Positions 1 to 9,299 are shown, counted from the stretch's first letter. The stretch is DNA of 55,632 nucleotides from a virus (IMGVR_UViG_3300037510_000248:1-55632), one strand, 5' to 3'. The notes: generated by a model from the sequence alone, not told the origin. Translations and numbers: made by a program.

Positions 1-169
1 GATCCGCCAGCAAGTGGAGGATCGGATACAGGCACTTACTGAGCTATCTCAGCAGCGTGGAATGTCTAAAGAGGATCGTGCTAATTTGAAGAGTGAGATT
101 TCGGAGTTAAAACAAAGCATCGGCAAAGGATGGCAACGTTCGTTCGATATGATCAGTGGGGACTGGTAG
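1..169 (+). CDS. 3' end of a truncated CDS (...IRQQVEDRIQALTELSQQRGMSKEDRANLKSEISELKQSIGKGWQRSFDMISGDW*)
   Basis: Open frame from position 2 to TAG at 167-169. Confidence 0.55.
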   Translation, partial: IRQQVEDRIQALTELSQQRGMSKEDRANLKSEISELKQSIGKGWQRSFDMISGDW

Positions 170-244
170 TGGTGTCCTCGCAGAGATTCGAACTCTGATC
201 TGCGTTTTAGGAGAACGCGGCTCTATCCATTGAGCTACGAGAAC
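170..244 (-). tRNA. tRNA-Arg(CCT)
   Basis: Reverse complement folds as a cloverleaf: GTTCTCG/CGAGGAC acceptor, GCTC-AATGGATA-GAGC D arm, GCGTT-CTCCTAA-AACGC anticodon arm, CAGAG-TTCGAAT-CTCTG T arm, encoded ACCA. Confidence 0.93.
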
Positions 245-285
245 GAAACGTTAAAAAACCTTAACCGACCTGATAATCACACTTT

Positions 286-525
286 AGAACACACACGCGA
301 TTGAGCAGGGAGAACACACACGGAACATACGGCATTGGAATGCGGCGCAGGGTGTATGAGATACGGAACTGAGACGGGGTTTAGGAAATCCCTCTTCCGC
401 CTGATCTGAACTGATCAGCCCCCAAACAACACCCCGCTTTCCGCGTCCTACTGCGTTTTTCTCTCTTCCGTGTGTGTCTCAAATGATCTGCATGAGTCTG
501 GTCAAGAACACACATAAGAACACAG
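286..525. repeat. AGAACACAC(ACG) repeats; putative integrase arm-type sites / att region
   Basis: Copies at 286-297, 311-322, 505-515, 517-525 and an inverted copy at 468-480 in a non-coding region next to the tRNA. Confidence 0.55.
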
Positions 526-582
526 CCCCGCCCGCGCCGACCGCGACCGCGCTGGGGCACGATGACGAACGAAGGACGAGCG

Positions 583-840
583 ATGAAGATCGAAGATTTT
601 GAGTATTCACCCAAAGCAGCAGCGGACAGCGCAGCCCGCACCGTTGACCCCAAGGCGGCTGCGCGCCTCGCACAGGCCCGCGCCGAGTCGCAGCGGCTCG
701 CACGCCAGATCAGCGCCGACGAGCGCGCACGGACGCAGTCGCTGGAGACAGAGGCCGATGTCGCAAAGGCGCTGCTGAAGCTGCAGGCAGTCACGGGTGT
801 GAAGGTTGGGATTGAGCGGAAGCGGGGAAAGCAGAGATGA
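583..840 (+). CDS. Hypothetical phage protein
   Basis: RBS (GAAGGA) before ATG; stop overlaps next start (ATGA). Confidence 0.7.
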   Translation: MKIEDFEYSPKAAADSAARTVDPKAAARLAQARAESQRLARQISADERARTQSLETEADVAKALLKLQAVTGVKVGIERKRGKQR

Positions 841-1256
841 CAGTATATGAATCAATGACTGTTGAAGAGTATCGCGAGCACACCAAGCGAGCGAAGTACG
901 GCAACACGAAGATCGAGATTGACGGCTGGGAGTTCGATAGCTTGGCCGAGGGCGAGCGCTACAAACAACTGAAGCTTATTCAGCTCTCAGGTCAGATTGA
1001 GGATTTGACCTGTCACCCGACCTACGAACTCCAGCCCGCGTTCCGCGATCAGCGCGGCGTGAAGCACCGGGCGATCACGTATGAGGCCGACTTCCGCTAC
1101 ACGGAGTTTCGTACAGGCGGGCCGCAGGTTGGCATCGATGTGGTTGAGGATGTCAAAGGCGCACGAACGAAAGAGTTCAGGCTGAAGGAAAAGTTATTCC
1201 GCTTTCGGTATCCTCATTTTGATTTACGGTTGATAGAAGTTGGCGACACGCAATGA
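837..1256 (+). CDS. DUF1064-family PD-(D/E)XK nuclease-like protein
   Basis: KYGN..K..DG..FDS..E..RY, Y.ADF.Y, VEDVKG..T..F.LK.KLF motifs. Confidence 0.88.
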   Translation: MTVYESMTVEEYREHTKRAKYGNTKIEIDGWEFDSLAEGERYKQLKLIQLSGQIEDLTCHPTYELQPAFRDQRGVKHRAITYEADFRYTEFRTGGPQVGIDVVEDVKGARTKEFRLKEKLFRFRYPHFDLRLIEVGDTQ

Positions 1257-1355
1257 GTCGCCCCGAGTCGCGCTGGACCGAGGCGGCGCTGCTGCTCGTG
1301 GCGGCGTGCGGCGGGGATGTGCGGGAGTATCGGTTTAGCTGAGAGGAGTAGGGTG

Positions 1356-1718
1356 ATGGAAGAATGGCTTTCAAGCGGCGCGTATCTGCCGCCTGTGCTT
1401 CGTGACTTCCACGATACGAAGCGGATATTCAGGATTGTGGGCGAAATGGTCGCACGCCGTCAGGCGAAAGAGAAGGACGCGTACGACCGCATGCTTTTCG
1501 ACCTTCCCAACTGGGTATCCGCCCAGATTTATGTTGTTGACTTCTTTTTATGGTTCATGGCACGGCGCGGCTTCACACTCCAGCGCAGTCGTGTGAAGCT
1601 GGATTTTGTGGATATCCGAGAAGATATAAAGGCACTCGACGCACGCGAGTTCGCAGATCTGAAGGCTATGATTGAATCTGATCGGCAGAAGGACAGCGAC
1701 AAAGCAAAGACGCTGTAA
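1356..1718 (+). CDS. Conserved hypothetical phage protein
   Basis: GAGGAG RBS; YLP..LRDFHD.K..F and YVVD.FLWFMARRG.TLQRSR motifs typical of a phage family. Confidence 0.75.
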   Translation: MEEWLSSGAYLPPVLRDFHDTKRIFRIVGEMVARRQAKEKDAYDRMLFDLPNWVSAQIYVVDFFLWFMARRGFTLQRSRVKLDFVDIREDIKALDAREFADLKAMIESDRQKDSDKAKTL

Positions 1719-1727
1719 GGAGCGCCC

Positions 1728-1952
1728 ATGGGATCGCAACGCGCCGCACAGGAACGCGCCGCACGCAAGCAGGCCGAGGCCGAGGCGAACCACCTCCGCA
1801 AGCGGCACTACCGATCGGCAGCCGCCGCCCGCCGTGTGATGCGCAGTATCCCCGGCGATGGCTATCATCGTAACGTGTATCAATGTCCGATTTGCGGTGA
1901 CTGGCTGTTCGGACACGCGCCGGGCTGTGAACGCAATGTCAACACCCGCTGA
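1728..1952 (+). CDS. Small basic Zn-ribbon protein
   Basis: AAGGAG RBS; KR.Y.S...A and Y.CPICG.W..GH. Confidence 0.7.
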   Translation: MGSQRAAQERAARKQAEAEANHLRKRHYRSAAAARRVMRSIPGDGYHRNVYQCPICGDWLFGHAPGCERNVNTR

Positions 1953-2014
1953 CCAGCGCGGATCGGCGGCGGGCGGCGGGGATGTGCGCGAGTATCGTTT
2001 AGCTGAGAGAGGAA

Positions 2015-2263
2015 ATGGACATGAGAGATGATGTTGGTACAAAGACCGCGAGAGAACGCCATGAGGCGACATATCAGCAACTGTGCGTATTGTGCGCCGC
2101 CCTCGCACCGTTCGCCCGATGGTCGGCGCTCATGCTGGCACAGATGGCCGCTCGCGACGCGCCGATGCGTGACGCCGATATCGTAGTGAAGCTCGATGAC
2201 GTGGCGCTGACCGTCGCGGATCTGCGGCGGGCGGCGGACGCGGGCGGGCGAAACGATAATTGA
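2015..2263 (+). CDS. Hypothetical protein
   Basis: ORF in operon context with RBS. Confidence 0.55.
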   Translation: MDMRDDVGTKTARERHEATYQQLCVLCAALAPFARWSALMLAQMAARDAPMRDADIVVKLDDVALTVADLRRAADAGGRNDN

Positions 2264-2296
2264 AAGCTGAAAAGCAGAAAGAGCGAGAGCACGACC

Positions 2297-3298
2297 ATGC
2301 AGAACTCGTCGATCGAATGGACGGATCACACCTTCAATCCCTGGTGGGGCTGTATCAAAGTATCGCCGGGGTGCGAGCACTGCTATGCGGAGACGTTGGC
2401 GAATCGGTACGGGCACAACGTGTGGGGCCCAGCGAAAACGACCGATCGGCGGATGATGTCGGCAAACTATTGGAAGCAGCCGCTCAAATGGGATAAGCAA
2501 GCCGCAACCGAAGGCATACGCCGTCGTGTGTTTTGTGCCTCAATGGCAGACGTGTTTGAGGAGCACCCGCAACTGGAATGGCCGCGCACAAACTTGTGGG
2601 GACTGATCGAAACAACTCCGCACCTTGATTGGCTGCTCCTGACCAAGCGACCGGAGAACGTTCTCAAGATGCTTTCACCGCTCTGGAATGGGCGCATGCC
2701 TGACAACGTGTGGCTGGGCACCTCAGTTGAAAACCAGGAACAAGCCGACAAGCGCATCCCGCACTTGCTACGCACGCCTGCCAAGGTGCGGTTCCTGAGC
2801 TGTGAGCCGCTATTGGGGGCACTCGACTTGAACAAGGCTGCTTGGGGATTGGGACAGCCTCAATACCCCATCGATATTCAGGCGGGCATGATTGATCCGC
2901 GTGGAGATACCGAAAGTTGGGATAGCGGTTTTACGCCGCTGCGCGCGATTGATTGGGTGATTGCAGGTGGCGAGAGCGGCCACGGCGCACGCCCGATCCG
3001 CAAGGAATGGGCGCAATGCTTGCAAATGGACTGCGAACGCGCAGGGGTTGCCTTTTTCTTCAAACAGTGGGGCGAGTACGTGCCAGCATGGTCAAATGAT
3101 GGTGAACCATTTTCACTTGATAACGGGGCCGCGTTCGACCCTGGTGAAACGTGGCCACATCCCCGCATTCATGTATGGGATAGCGGACGGGTGCCACACA
3201 CCGAGGATTTGTATTACTGCAATGCTTCGTTGCGCGTTGGCAAGCACGCCGCCGGTCGCCTGCTCAATGGCCGCACATGGGATCAGTTCCCGCAATGA
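2297..3298 (+). CDS. Phage Gp37/Gp68 (DUF5131) radical-SAM-like protein
   Basis: SSIEWTDHTFNPWWGCIKVSPGCEHCYA, FCASMADVF, LLLTKRPE, FLSCEPLLG, AGGESG, FFFKQWG. Confidence 0.92.
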   Translation: MQNSSIEWTDHTFNPWWGCIKVSPGCEHCYAETLANRYGHNVWGPAKTTDRRMMSANYWKQPLKWDKQAATEGIRRRVFCASMADVFEEHPQLEWPRTNLWGLIETTPHLDWLLLTKRPENVLKMLSPLWNGRMPDNVWLGTSVENQEQADKRIPHLLRTPAKVRFLSCEPLLGALDLNKAAWGLGQPQYPIDIQAGMIDPRGDTESWDSGFTPLRAIDWVIAGGESGHGARPIRKEWAQCLQMDCERAGVAFFFKQWGEYVPAWSNDGEPFSLDNGAAFDPGETWPHPRIHVWDSGRVPHTEDLYYCNASLRVGKHAAGRLLNGRTWDQFPQ

Positions 3299-3430
3299 CC
3301 CGCTCGCCCGATGGCCCGCCGTGCCCACGCTGTACGCAGCCCACGCCGACCGTGCGCTGCCGCTGGGATGGTGTCGCCTGCTGGCTGTGCTGGCGGTGTG
3401 GCGGGTTCTGGAAACAATGAAGAAGGAACG

Positions 3431-3682
3431 ATGACAAGTGAGCAATTAGTGCGAGCGACCTGGCACCACAACGGGTCGAACACATGGATATTGAAAGAAC
3501 GACTAAGAGACGGCGGGGCTATTTTGGCAACTATCACCGAGCGGCGCTACCCAGCAAACGCCACGCCAGACAGCAGTAGGTTTTATGGGTATTTATGGGA
3601 GGTCGGATCACGGTTCGGTGTTACACCGTGGCGATACCAGGCCATGCGCCGCGTCCGCGCGGCACTGAGAGATTCGATATGA
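3431..3682 (+). CDS. Hypothetical protein
   Basis: GAAGGA RBS; ATGA coupling to next gene. Confidence 0.6.
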   Translation: MTSEQLVRATWHHNGSNTWILKERLRDGGAILATITERRYPANATPDSSRFYGYLWEVGSRFGVTPWRYQAMRRVRAALRDSI

Positions 3683-3999
3683 CCGAACACGACCTCAAAG
3701 TCGCCCCCGAACACTTCGCATCGCTCTGGGACGGCACGAAGACCGCTGAGCTGCGCAAGGATGATCGCGGCTTCGCGGTTGGCGATACGCTGCTGCTGTG
3801 CGAATATGACAATGATAAGGCTATTCAGCTTTTCGCGGATGCAGACATTGAGCTTGATATTGATGAGGCGTGGGCGGTTGCACGCCCGCAAGCCTACACT
3901 GGCCGCACCCTCTGCCGCCGCATCACGCACATCCTGCGCGGCGGGCCGTGGCTCAATGCGGGCTACGTCATGCTGAGCTTAGGAGGGGATCTCGCATGA
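3679..3999 (+). CDS. ASCH/PUA-like (DUF3850) protein
   Basis: HDLK..PEHF....[22 protein letters not shown] ... GYVMLSL. Confidence 0.85.
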   Translation: MTEHDLKVAPEHFASLWDGTKTAELRKDDRGFAVGDTLLLCEYDNDKAIQLFADADIELDIDEAWAVARPQAYTGRTLCRRITHILRGGPWLNAGYVMLSLGGDLA

Positions 4000-4292
4000 A
4001 CTTAGAAGAGACAAAGATACGAACAGCGTATCACTTCGATCACCCGCAAGTCGGAGATCGTTTTCACGAGATGTATTCGTTTTGGGTGCATGTCGTGCTC
4101 GTCACTCCTGATCGGATAGTTGTGGAGGAGTACTGTCCGCCGTGTGCTATCCCCACCGATGCGAAGGTGCGCATTTTTAACTCCCATAACGAGTTCCGCG
4201 CAGCATATGGATACATGACGCAACCAGGACCGTGGGTGTATTACTGTGATAGTACGGCTCCCGTCGATCACTGGACGGGGGCGCCCTCATGA
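3996..4292 (+). CDS. Hypothetical protein
   Basis: AGGAGG RBS; ATGA coupling. Confidence 0.65.
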   Translation: MNLEETKIRTAYHFDHPQVGDRFHEMYSFWVHVVLVTPDRIVVEEYCPPCAIPTDAKVRIFNSHNEFRAAYGYMTQPGPWVYYCDSTAPVDHWTGAPS

Positions 4293-4774
4293 GCACTGAA
4301 GTTGAGCTTTCCACTGCCGACACGATCACCGACCTCCGCGCCCGCCTGGCTGCCGCCGAGAGCACGGTCGCCCTCTGGCGCGACGCCGGCACCGCGCTGC
4401 TGCACGGGCATCCCTCGGACGAGGAAGAGGCACAGGTGGCGATGGTGCGCCTGCTGCGCGACCCGGCGGCGGGCGCGGGGGAGCTGGCGCGGCTCAGGAG
4501 GGAGTTGGCGGCAGCGCTTGCCGATTACGCGATGCTGCGGGCGGTCGCACGTATGTGTTTTCAAGAAGACGCCAGCGAAGACAGCATGTTGCGGCTATGG
4601 AACATTGCGGCAATGGTCGATCATCCCGGCGCGCCGCTGAACATTCGATTTAATCGTGCGCTGGCGGTCGTCGCAGCCGCACGCACGCACGACAACGGCA
4701 CCATTGATGACGCACTGTTCGCCTACGATGCGCCGCTGAAAGAGAAAAGCAATGATGACACAACAACAACGTGA
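4289..4774 (+). CDS. Hypothetical helical protein
   Basis: Translationally coupled ORF. Confidence 0.65.
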   Translation: MSTEVELSTADTITDLRARLAAAESTVALWRDAGTALLHGHPSDEEEAQVAMVRLLRDPAAGAGELARLRRELAAALADYAMLRAVARMCFQEDASEDSMLRLWNIAAMVDHPGAPLNIRFNRALAVVAAARTHDNGTIDDALFAYDAPLKEKSNDDTTTT

Positions 4775-5027
4775 CTACCTTCGGCGTACCGCTGACGCCG
4801 CCAGCGCTGCCGATATGGATGTCGCGCTCGGCTGGAACGTGGTACTGGCGCTGCTTGACGCGCTTGACCAGGCCGAGACCGCCCGCAAAGCCGCTATCGC
4901 ACGCGGCGCGGCCGACCACGCGGTCGCAGTGGCCGCGCGACTCTTGGCAGCAGGCCCCGACAGCACCGCCTGGGGGCGCCTGTACGCCGCGCTGGCGGTG
5001 GCAGACAAGGCAGAAGCCCCACGATGA
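4752..5027 (+). CDS. Hypothetical protein (Ead/Ea22-like 'VLALLDAL' segment)
   Basis: Coupled ORF; weak motif resemblance. Confidence 0.55.
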   Translation: MMTQQQRDYLRRTADAASAADMDVALGWNVVLALLDALDQAETARKAAIARGAADHAVAVAARLLAAGPDSTAWGRLYAALAVADKAEAPR

Positions 5028-5064
5028 CCCCACGGTGCCAGCAGGGCGGGCGGCGTGGAGCGTT

Positions 5065-5093
5065 TTGACAGGCGAGTCGGGCGGGTGTAGAAT
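5065..5093 (+). promoter_or_regulatory. Sigma70-type promoter of the membrane-protein operon
   Basis: TTGACA-17 bp-TAGAAT; TGTCA/TGACA/TGCCA repeats downstream could be operators. Confidence 0.8.
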
Positions 5094-5130
5094 GTCGGTG
5101 TCACAACGGTTATGCCAGAAAGGAGGACAT

Positions 5131-5328
5131 ATGACAGACACGCCCGCCGATCCTGAGGAGTGGATCGATATTGATGAGGCGGTGCGGCGCACGGGGCTTT
5201 CGAAGCGCACGCTGAACCGGCACAAGGCCGCGAAATCGGTTGAGACGCAGGTTATCGAAGCAGAGTTTCGCCAGCGCCAGCGCCGCACGCTGTTTAAGGT
5301 ATCGACCCTTCCATTGGCGAAATCGTAA
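5131..5328 (+). CDS. Small HTH DNA-binding protein, probable operon autoregulator
   Basis: AAGGAGG RBS; WIDIDEAVRRTGLSKRTLNR HTH. Confidence 0.8.
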   Translation: MTDTPADPEEWIDIDEAVRRTGLSKRTLNRHKAAKSVETQVIEAEFRQRQRRTLFKVSTLPLAKS

Positions 5329-5409
5329 TGGCCCGAGCGCGTTGCAACCGCGCCCGAGCCGGGTGATCTTCGAACCGTGTAGCAGTTATCAGATCGGAGA
5401 AAGTATACT

Positions 5410-5958
5410 ATGAAACGCAACCTCCCACACGACCGCTATTATCATGTCTACCGCTCAAGCGACGAGCCACGCCGGGGCAACCTCCTGAGCACGCTGCTGG
5501 TCCTCATCCTGATCGTGGTCGCGGTCTTCCTGGGCATCGGCGCGCTGCCCTACGCCCAGAAGGCGCTGAGCAGCTATGCGCCCGCGCCAACCACCGTCAT
5601 CATTGCCACGCAACGCCCAATCACAACCGGCGGCGGGCGCACCACCACCAACCCCGCGCCAGCCGCCGCGCCGATCAGCAACCCGAACGTGGCCAATAGT
5701 GACGCCGAGGCCGATGCGCTGTACGCGACGGCGGTTGCCGCCCAGAGCGCGCCCGCGCCCGACCCAAACGCGTACAACCCCGACAAGCCCGCGCTGCCGG
5801 CCGCGATTGTTCTTCCGACGATCAGCGCGGCACAGGCCGAGAGCTACGCCAATCGCGGATCGGGCGGCTGTGCCGAGGGGCAGGTGTTCGTGCCCCGCGT
5901 CGGATGTCACACGCCGGGCAGCGGTGGTGCGATGCCGGGATCAGTGGGTGCGCCATGA
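5410..5958 (+). CDS. Single-pass membrane protein with Pro/Ala/Thr-rich extracellular region
   Basis: Hydrophobic run LLSTLLVLILIVVAVFLGIGAL; C-terminal C..GQVFVPRVGC. Confidence 0.8.
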   Translation: MKRNLPHDRYYHVYRSSDEPRRGNLLSTLLVLILIVVAVFLGIGALPYAQKALSSYAPAPTTVIIATQRPITTGGGRTTTNPAPAAAPISNPNVANSDAEADALYATAVAAQSAPAPDPNAYNPDKPALPAAIVLPTISAAQAESYANRGSGGCAEGQVFVPRVGCHTPGSGGAMPGSVGAP

Positions 5959-6143
5959 CCATCACGCACTGCCATTTTTGTGGAAACAACCACAGCGACT
6001 GGGATGAGGGTGTCGAAAAATGGCAGTGCCGTATGTGTTCCTTTCGCATCCCTGTCGCGCATCTGTGGCAGTGGTGCTGGGTGAAAGATCGACCGAATCC
6101 GCCAAAGCCGATTGTACAGTTGACTATGTGGGAGGGGCTATGA
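5955..6143 (+). CDS. Small Zn-ribbon protein
   Basis: CHFC...CRMC; ATGA coupling. Confidence 0.6.
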   Translation: MTITHCHFCGNNHSDWDEGVEKWQCRMCSFRIPVAHLWQWCWVKDRPNPPKPIVQLTMWEGL

Positions 6144-6595
6144 ATACGTTGTATATCCTTGGAGGCATCGTGGTGGTGCTGGTGCTCTTCGCACTCGGTC
6201 GTCGGCAGTCTGATGAGACACTAACCGAGTATACGGGATGGGACGATAGCGGCTATGAGCCGCCTGCACACACAGACTGGTCACTTTCGCATCCAAGTAG
6301 CCCTGCGCCGCGTTTTGAGGCTGGGCAAGCTTATATCTGGGAGCAGATTGAAGATCTATTGTGGGCCTATGGCTATACTCGCGATGAGATCAAGAAGCAG
6401 TGGAACCATAACTATATCGAGATTTGGCGCGACGGGCTGCATGCGGAGTTCGATGGATCGATGGGGCAGTGTCGGGACGATGGCGAACTGCTGTATGTCT
6501 GCTACGATTTCGACCCAAACGCCGATACCAGCAAGTCAGACCGCTGGCGGCGCGCGCCAAATGAAGATGAGCGGCGCAATGCGGTGTGGCGATGA
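6140..6595 (+). CDS. N-terminally anchored membrane protein
   Basis: GGAGG RBS; N-terminal TM helix. Confidence 0.75.
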   Translation: MNTLYILGGIVVVLVLFALGRRQSDETLTEYTGWDDSGYEPPAHTDWSLSHPSSPAPRFEAGQAYIWEQIEDLLWAYGYTRDEIKKQWNHNYIEIWRDGLHAEFDGSMGQCRDDGELLYVCYDFDPNADTSKSDRWRRAPNEDERRNAVWR

Positions 6596-7632
6596 CCCGC
6601 TCGCTGCATTTCATCGCGATCGTGGTGCTCGCTGGCGGCTTTGCGGCGCTACGCCTCCTAGCCGCGCAGCCCGAGCCAGCAAGTGCCACGACACAGGCCG
6701 TTGCCGATGTCGCCCCAATCGGCGTGCTCCAGAGCGTGCCCAGCTTGAGCGCAGCGCAGATCGACACCATCCTAGCAGGCTACGACTCACCAGCAACTGG
6801 CAGCGGGCGCGATTTCTACGACCTTGGCGTGCAGTATGGTATCGACCCGGCCTACGCGCTCGCGTTCTTTGTACATGAGAGCACGGCAGGAACCAACCTA
6901 AACTGGGATGGGATGAAGCCCGATGGCTCGACCACGCACGATATTGGGAATATCAGCTGTGCGGGCTATCCGACCTGCTACGGGCGCTGGCGCGACTATG
7001 CCGATTGGAAGACCGGGATTGACGATTGGTACCGCCTGATCAACGATGAATACATCGGCGGGCGCGGTTTCTCCACGGTCGATCAGGTCATTCCTGTCTA
7101 CGCGCCGTCGATCGAGAATGATGTGGACGGCTACACGAATGCAGTGTCCGCGCTGGTGGGGCAGTGGCGAGCTGAGTATGGGCAGCAGCCTGCACACGCA
7201 GACATCGCCAGCAACCCGATCGCAATCGGCGGCGATGACTGCGGCACCAACGTGCAGGTGGCACTAGAGGCCAGCGGCGGCGCACTCCAGGACGTACAGA
7301 TCCGGCCAGGTGAGACCTTCAGCTTTAACGCGACAATGGGCGATCCTGGACGTATCCCCTATCGGACGTGCGCGGGCGTGCCAGGGGGCAATTGGTGCAA
7401 CTTGGCAGCCCGCTACGCGCAGGTGAGCCGCGCGCTCGGGCTGATGCCGCAGTTCCAAGATCACGGCGTCGGGGATTTGGGCGGTGGACCTGAGAACTCC
7501 GTTGCTATCTGGAATGAGGGCGGGCGCGCTGGCGGGCAGGACTTGCAGATTACGAACACGCTGACGCGTCCGGTGCGTTTTCAGGCAATCATAGAGGGCG
7601 GCAGCGTGATGATTATGGGAGGTGTGGAATGA
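6592..7632 (+). CDS. Exported peptidoglycan hydrolase: glucosaminidase/lysozyme-like domain + VanW-like domain
   Basis: Signal/TM; YGIDPAYALAFFVHESTAG, Y.DW..GI.DW, VYAP; C-terminal PGETFSFN..G...GG.WC.LA...DLQITN. Confidence 0.75.
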   Translation: MTRSLHFIAIVVLAGGFAALRLLAAQPEPASATTQAVADVAPIGVLQSVPSLSAAQIDTILAGYDSPATGSGRDFYDLGVQYGIDPAYALAFFVHESTAGTNLNWDGMKPDGSTTHDIGNISCAGYPTCYGRWRDYADWKTGIDDWYRLINDEYIGGRGFSTVDQVIPVYAPSIENDVDGYTNAVSALVGQWRAEYGQQPAHADIASNPIAIGGDDCGTNVQVALEASGGALQDVQIRPGETFSFNATMGDPGRIPYRTCAGVPGGNWCNLAARYAQVSRALGLMPQFQDHGVGDLGGGPENSVAIWNEGGRAGGQDLQITNTLTRPVRFQAIIEGGSVMIMGGVE

Positions 7633-8273
7633 CCGATAAGATGAGCAAGCTCGAAAAACTCGCGCTGTCGTCGGCGGTGAGCGGCGCGGTGTTTAATGTC
7701 TTTCTGTACGGTATTGGCGCGACGCTCGCTAGTGCTGGACAGGGCACGCCGCTATTTGCGGTGCGTGTTGGCGCGGCTATCCTTCAGGCGGCTGCGTTCG
7801 ATCTGGTGGCAATTGCGACTGTGATGGGCATGCGCCATGGTCGGCGCGGGCGCTGGAGCATGATCACCGCCTTCGCGTCGGCACTCGTGTCGGCGGCGAT
7901 CGCGCTGGACGTGGCGGGGGTGCTGGCGATGCCCTGGTTGCACGCGGCCAATGCCCTGATCGTACTGGCATTCACGTTGCATCTGTTGACGCCGCCGAAG
8001 GAGCGCCGTGCGCCACAACTGCGCCGGCTCGTGCGCCGCCTGTGCGCCACGGTGCGCCATGAGCGCGCCACAGCGGACCAGTTAGCGGCTCAGTTGCGCC
8101 ACACACACGAGCAGGTGCGCCAGCTTGAGGCCCGCCCGCGCCAGAGTGGCCCAACCGAAGTGATCGTGATTGGTGAGAAGCAATACAGTGTGCGCCAGAT
8201 TGCGCGCATCACCAGCACCGCGCCAACGACCTTGCGCCGCCAGTTGGCACTACTTGAAACAGTGGAGGACTAG
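7629..8273 (+). CDS. Multi-TM protein with coiled coil and C-terminal HTH (SpdB/DUF2637-like architecture)
   Basis: About 4 TM segments; C-terminal YSVRQIARITSTAPTTLRRQL. Confidence 0.75.
   Translation: MTDKMSKLEKLALSSAVSGAVFNVFLYGIGATLASAGQGTPLFAVRVGAAILQAAAFDLVAIATVMGMRHGRRGRWSMITAFASALVSAAIALDVAGVLAMPWLHAANALIVLAFTLHLLTPPKERRAPQLRRLVRRLCATVRHERATADQLAAQLRHTHEQVRQLEARPRQSGPTEVIVIGEKQYSVRQIARITSTAPTTLRRQLALLETVED
8009..8239 (+). repeat. Intragenic YGCGCCR heptamer array (12 copies, 6 exact TGCGCCA)
   Basis: Copies at 8009, 8020, 8032, 8043, 8053, 8064, 8095, 8116, 8137, 8191, 8219, 8233; they fall in all three codon phases. Confidence 0.75.
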
Positions 8274-8276
8274 CAT

Positions 8277-8632
8277 ATGTGGACTGTTGTTGCCATGCTC
8301 TTATGGATGTCCGTGATCGGTTTGTTTTTGTCGTTTCTGTGTCATTGGCGGTTTCAACGAATGATGGAGCCGCCAATACCCAGGCATACTGCACCACGGA
8401 AAGAAACGCGATACGATAGGATGCGGCGTAATGGCGGCTCACATACCCAAGAAGAATGGATCAGCCTTTGCATTCCGTACAAGGGCCAGTGTCCGTGCTG
8501 TAGACGTAAGCGGGCGTTAACGAAAGACCACATTATCCCTGTTGCGTGGGCGGCGCGGATTCTATAGATAACATCCAGCCGTTATGCAGATCCTGCAACT
8601 CGAAAAAGGGGACAAAAACAATTGTGTACTGA
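8277..8632 (+). pseudogene. TM-anchored HNH endonuclease with 1-nt frameshift
   Basis: [15 protein letters not shown], then [20 protein letters not shown] in another frame; one extra G at TGGG (8547-8550) restores the frame. Confidence 0.85.
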
Positions 8633-8753
8633 TCAGCAGAGCGATGCGCAGAAACGCGCCGGCCAATGCCCGCATTGTTTCAAGCCCGTCACGCCAAACA
8701 ATCGCGCGCGCCATATTCAGACGTGCCCAGCACGCCTAGGAGGGAGTTAAATC

Positions 8754-9296
8754 ATGGCACTACGACATCGCGCCGGCCATGCGCCGGTTCGCAGTGAACC
8801 GCTAGAGAATGGGCAGCCGCGTGAGGAGCGCCGCCCACAGACGAAGCCGCAGGGCAGCCTTTATGCGCTCAGTCTGGTTTTGCTGGCGTTCGGTATCCTT
8901 GGATGGCTGGCCGGCGGCAAGTATACGGTTGAGGGCTGGGTGGTTGCGCTGAACATGTTCGCACGATGGATCGGCGTGGAGCAACAGCTGATTGTGCCGC
9001 GCGGTTGGTGGTTGGTCGGAGCGGTGGCGGCGTCGGGACTAATCTACTCGCGCGTCGAGATGCTGGCGTTGCGCAACACTGTCCAGCGGATGCCCGCGTT
9101 CTGGATCGGCTGGCTACTGATTGTTGCGACCGATGTGGGGTCAACGCTGATCGGCGTGCTCAACCCGCCCGCCGACGCCGCACCCGTCCTCCTGCAGCTC
9201 GCAAAGCTGATCCCAATGGCGATCGTATGGGCGCTGCTCTTGACCTTCGTTCCTGAATGGCTTATCCTATCGGCAACACGTATCTTCAGGAGGTAA
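8754..9296 (+). CDS. Multi-pass membrane protein
   Basis: GGAGGGAG RBS; about 4 hydrophobic helices. Confidence 0.8.
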   Translation: MALRHRAGHAPVRSEPLENGQPREERRPQTKPQGSLYALSLVLLAFGILGWLAGGKYTVEGWVVALNMFARWIGVEQQLIVPRGWWLVGAVAASGLIYSRVEMLALRNTVQRMPAFWIGWLLIVATDVGSTLIGVLNPPADAAPVLLQLAKLIPMAIVWALLLTFVPEWLILSATRIFRR

Positions 9297-9299
9297 GTC

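Larger units (their letters stand above)
1300..2009 (+). repeat. ~46-bp imperfect direct repeat (1300-1345 and 1965-2009) flanking two ORFs
   Basis: GGCGGCG(T/G)GCGGCGGGGATGTGCG(G/C)GAGTATCG(G)TTTAGCTGAGAG; 2 substitutions and 1 indel. Confidence 0.9.
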
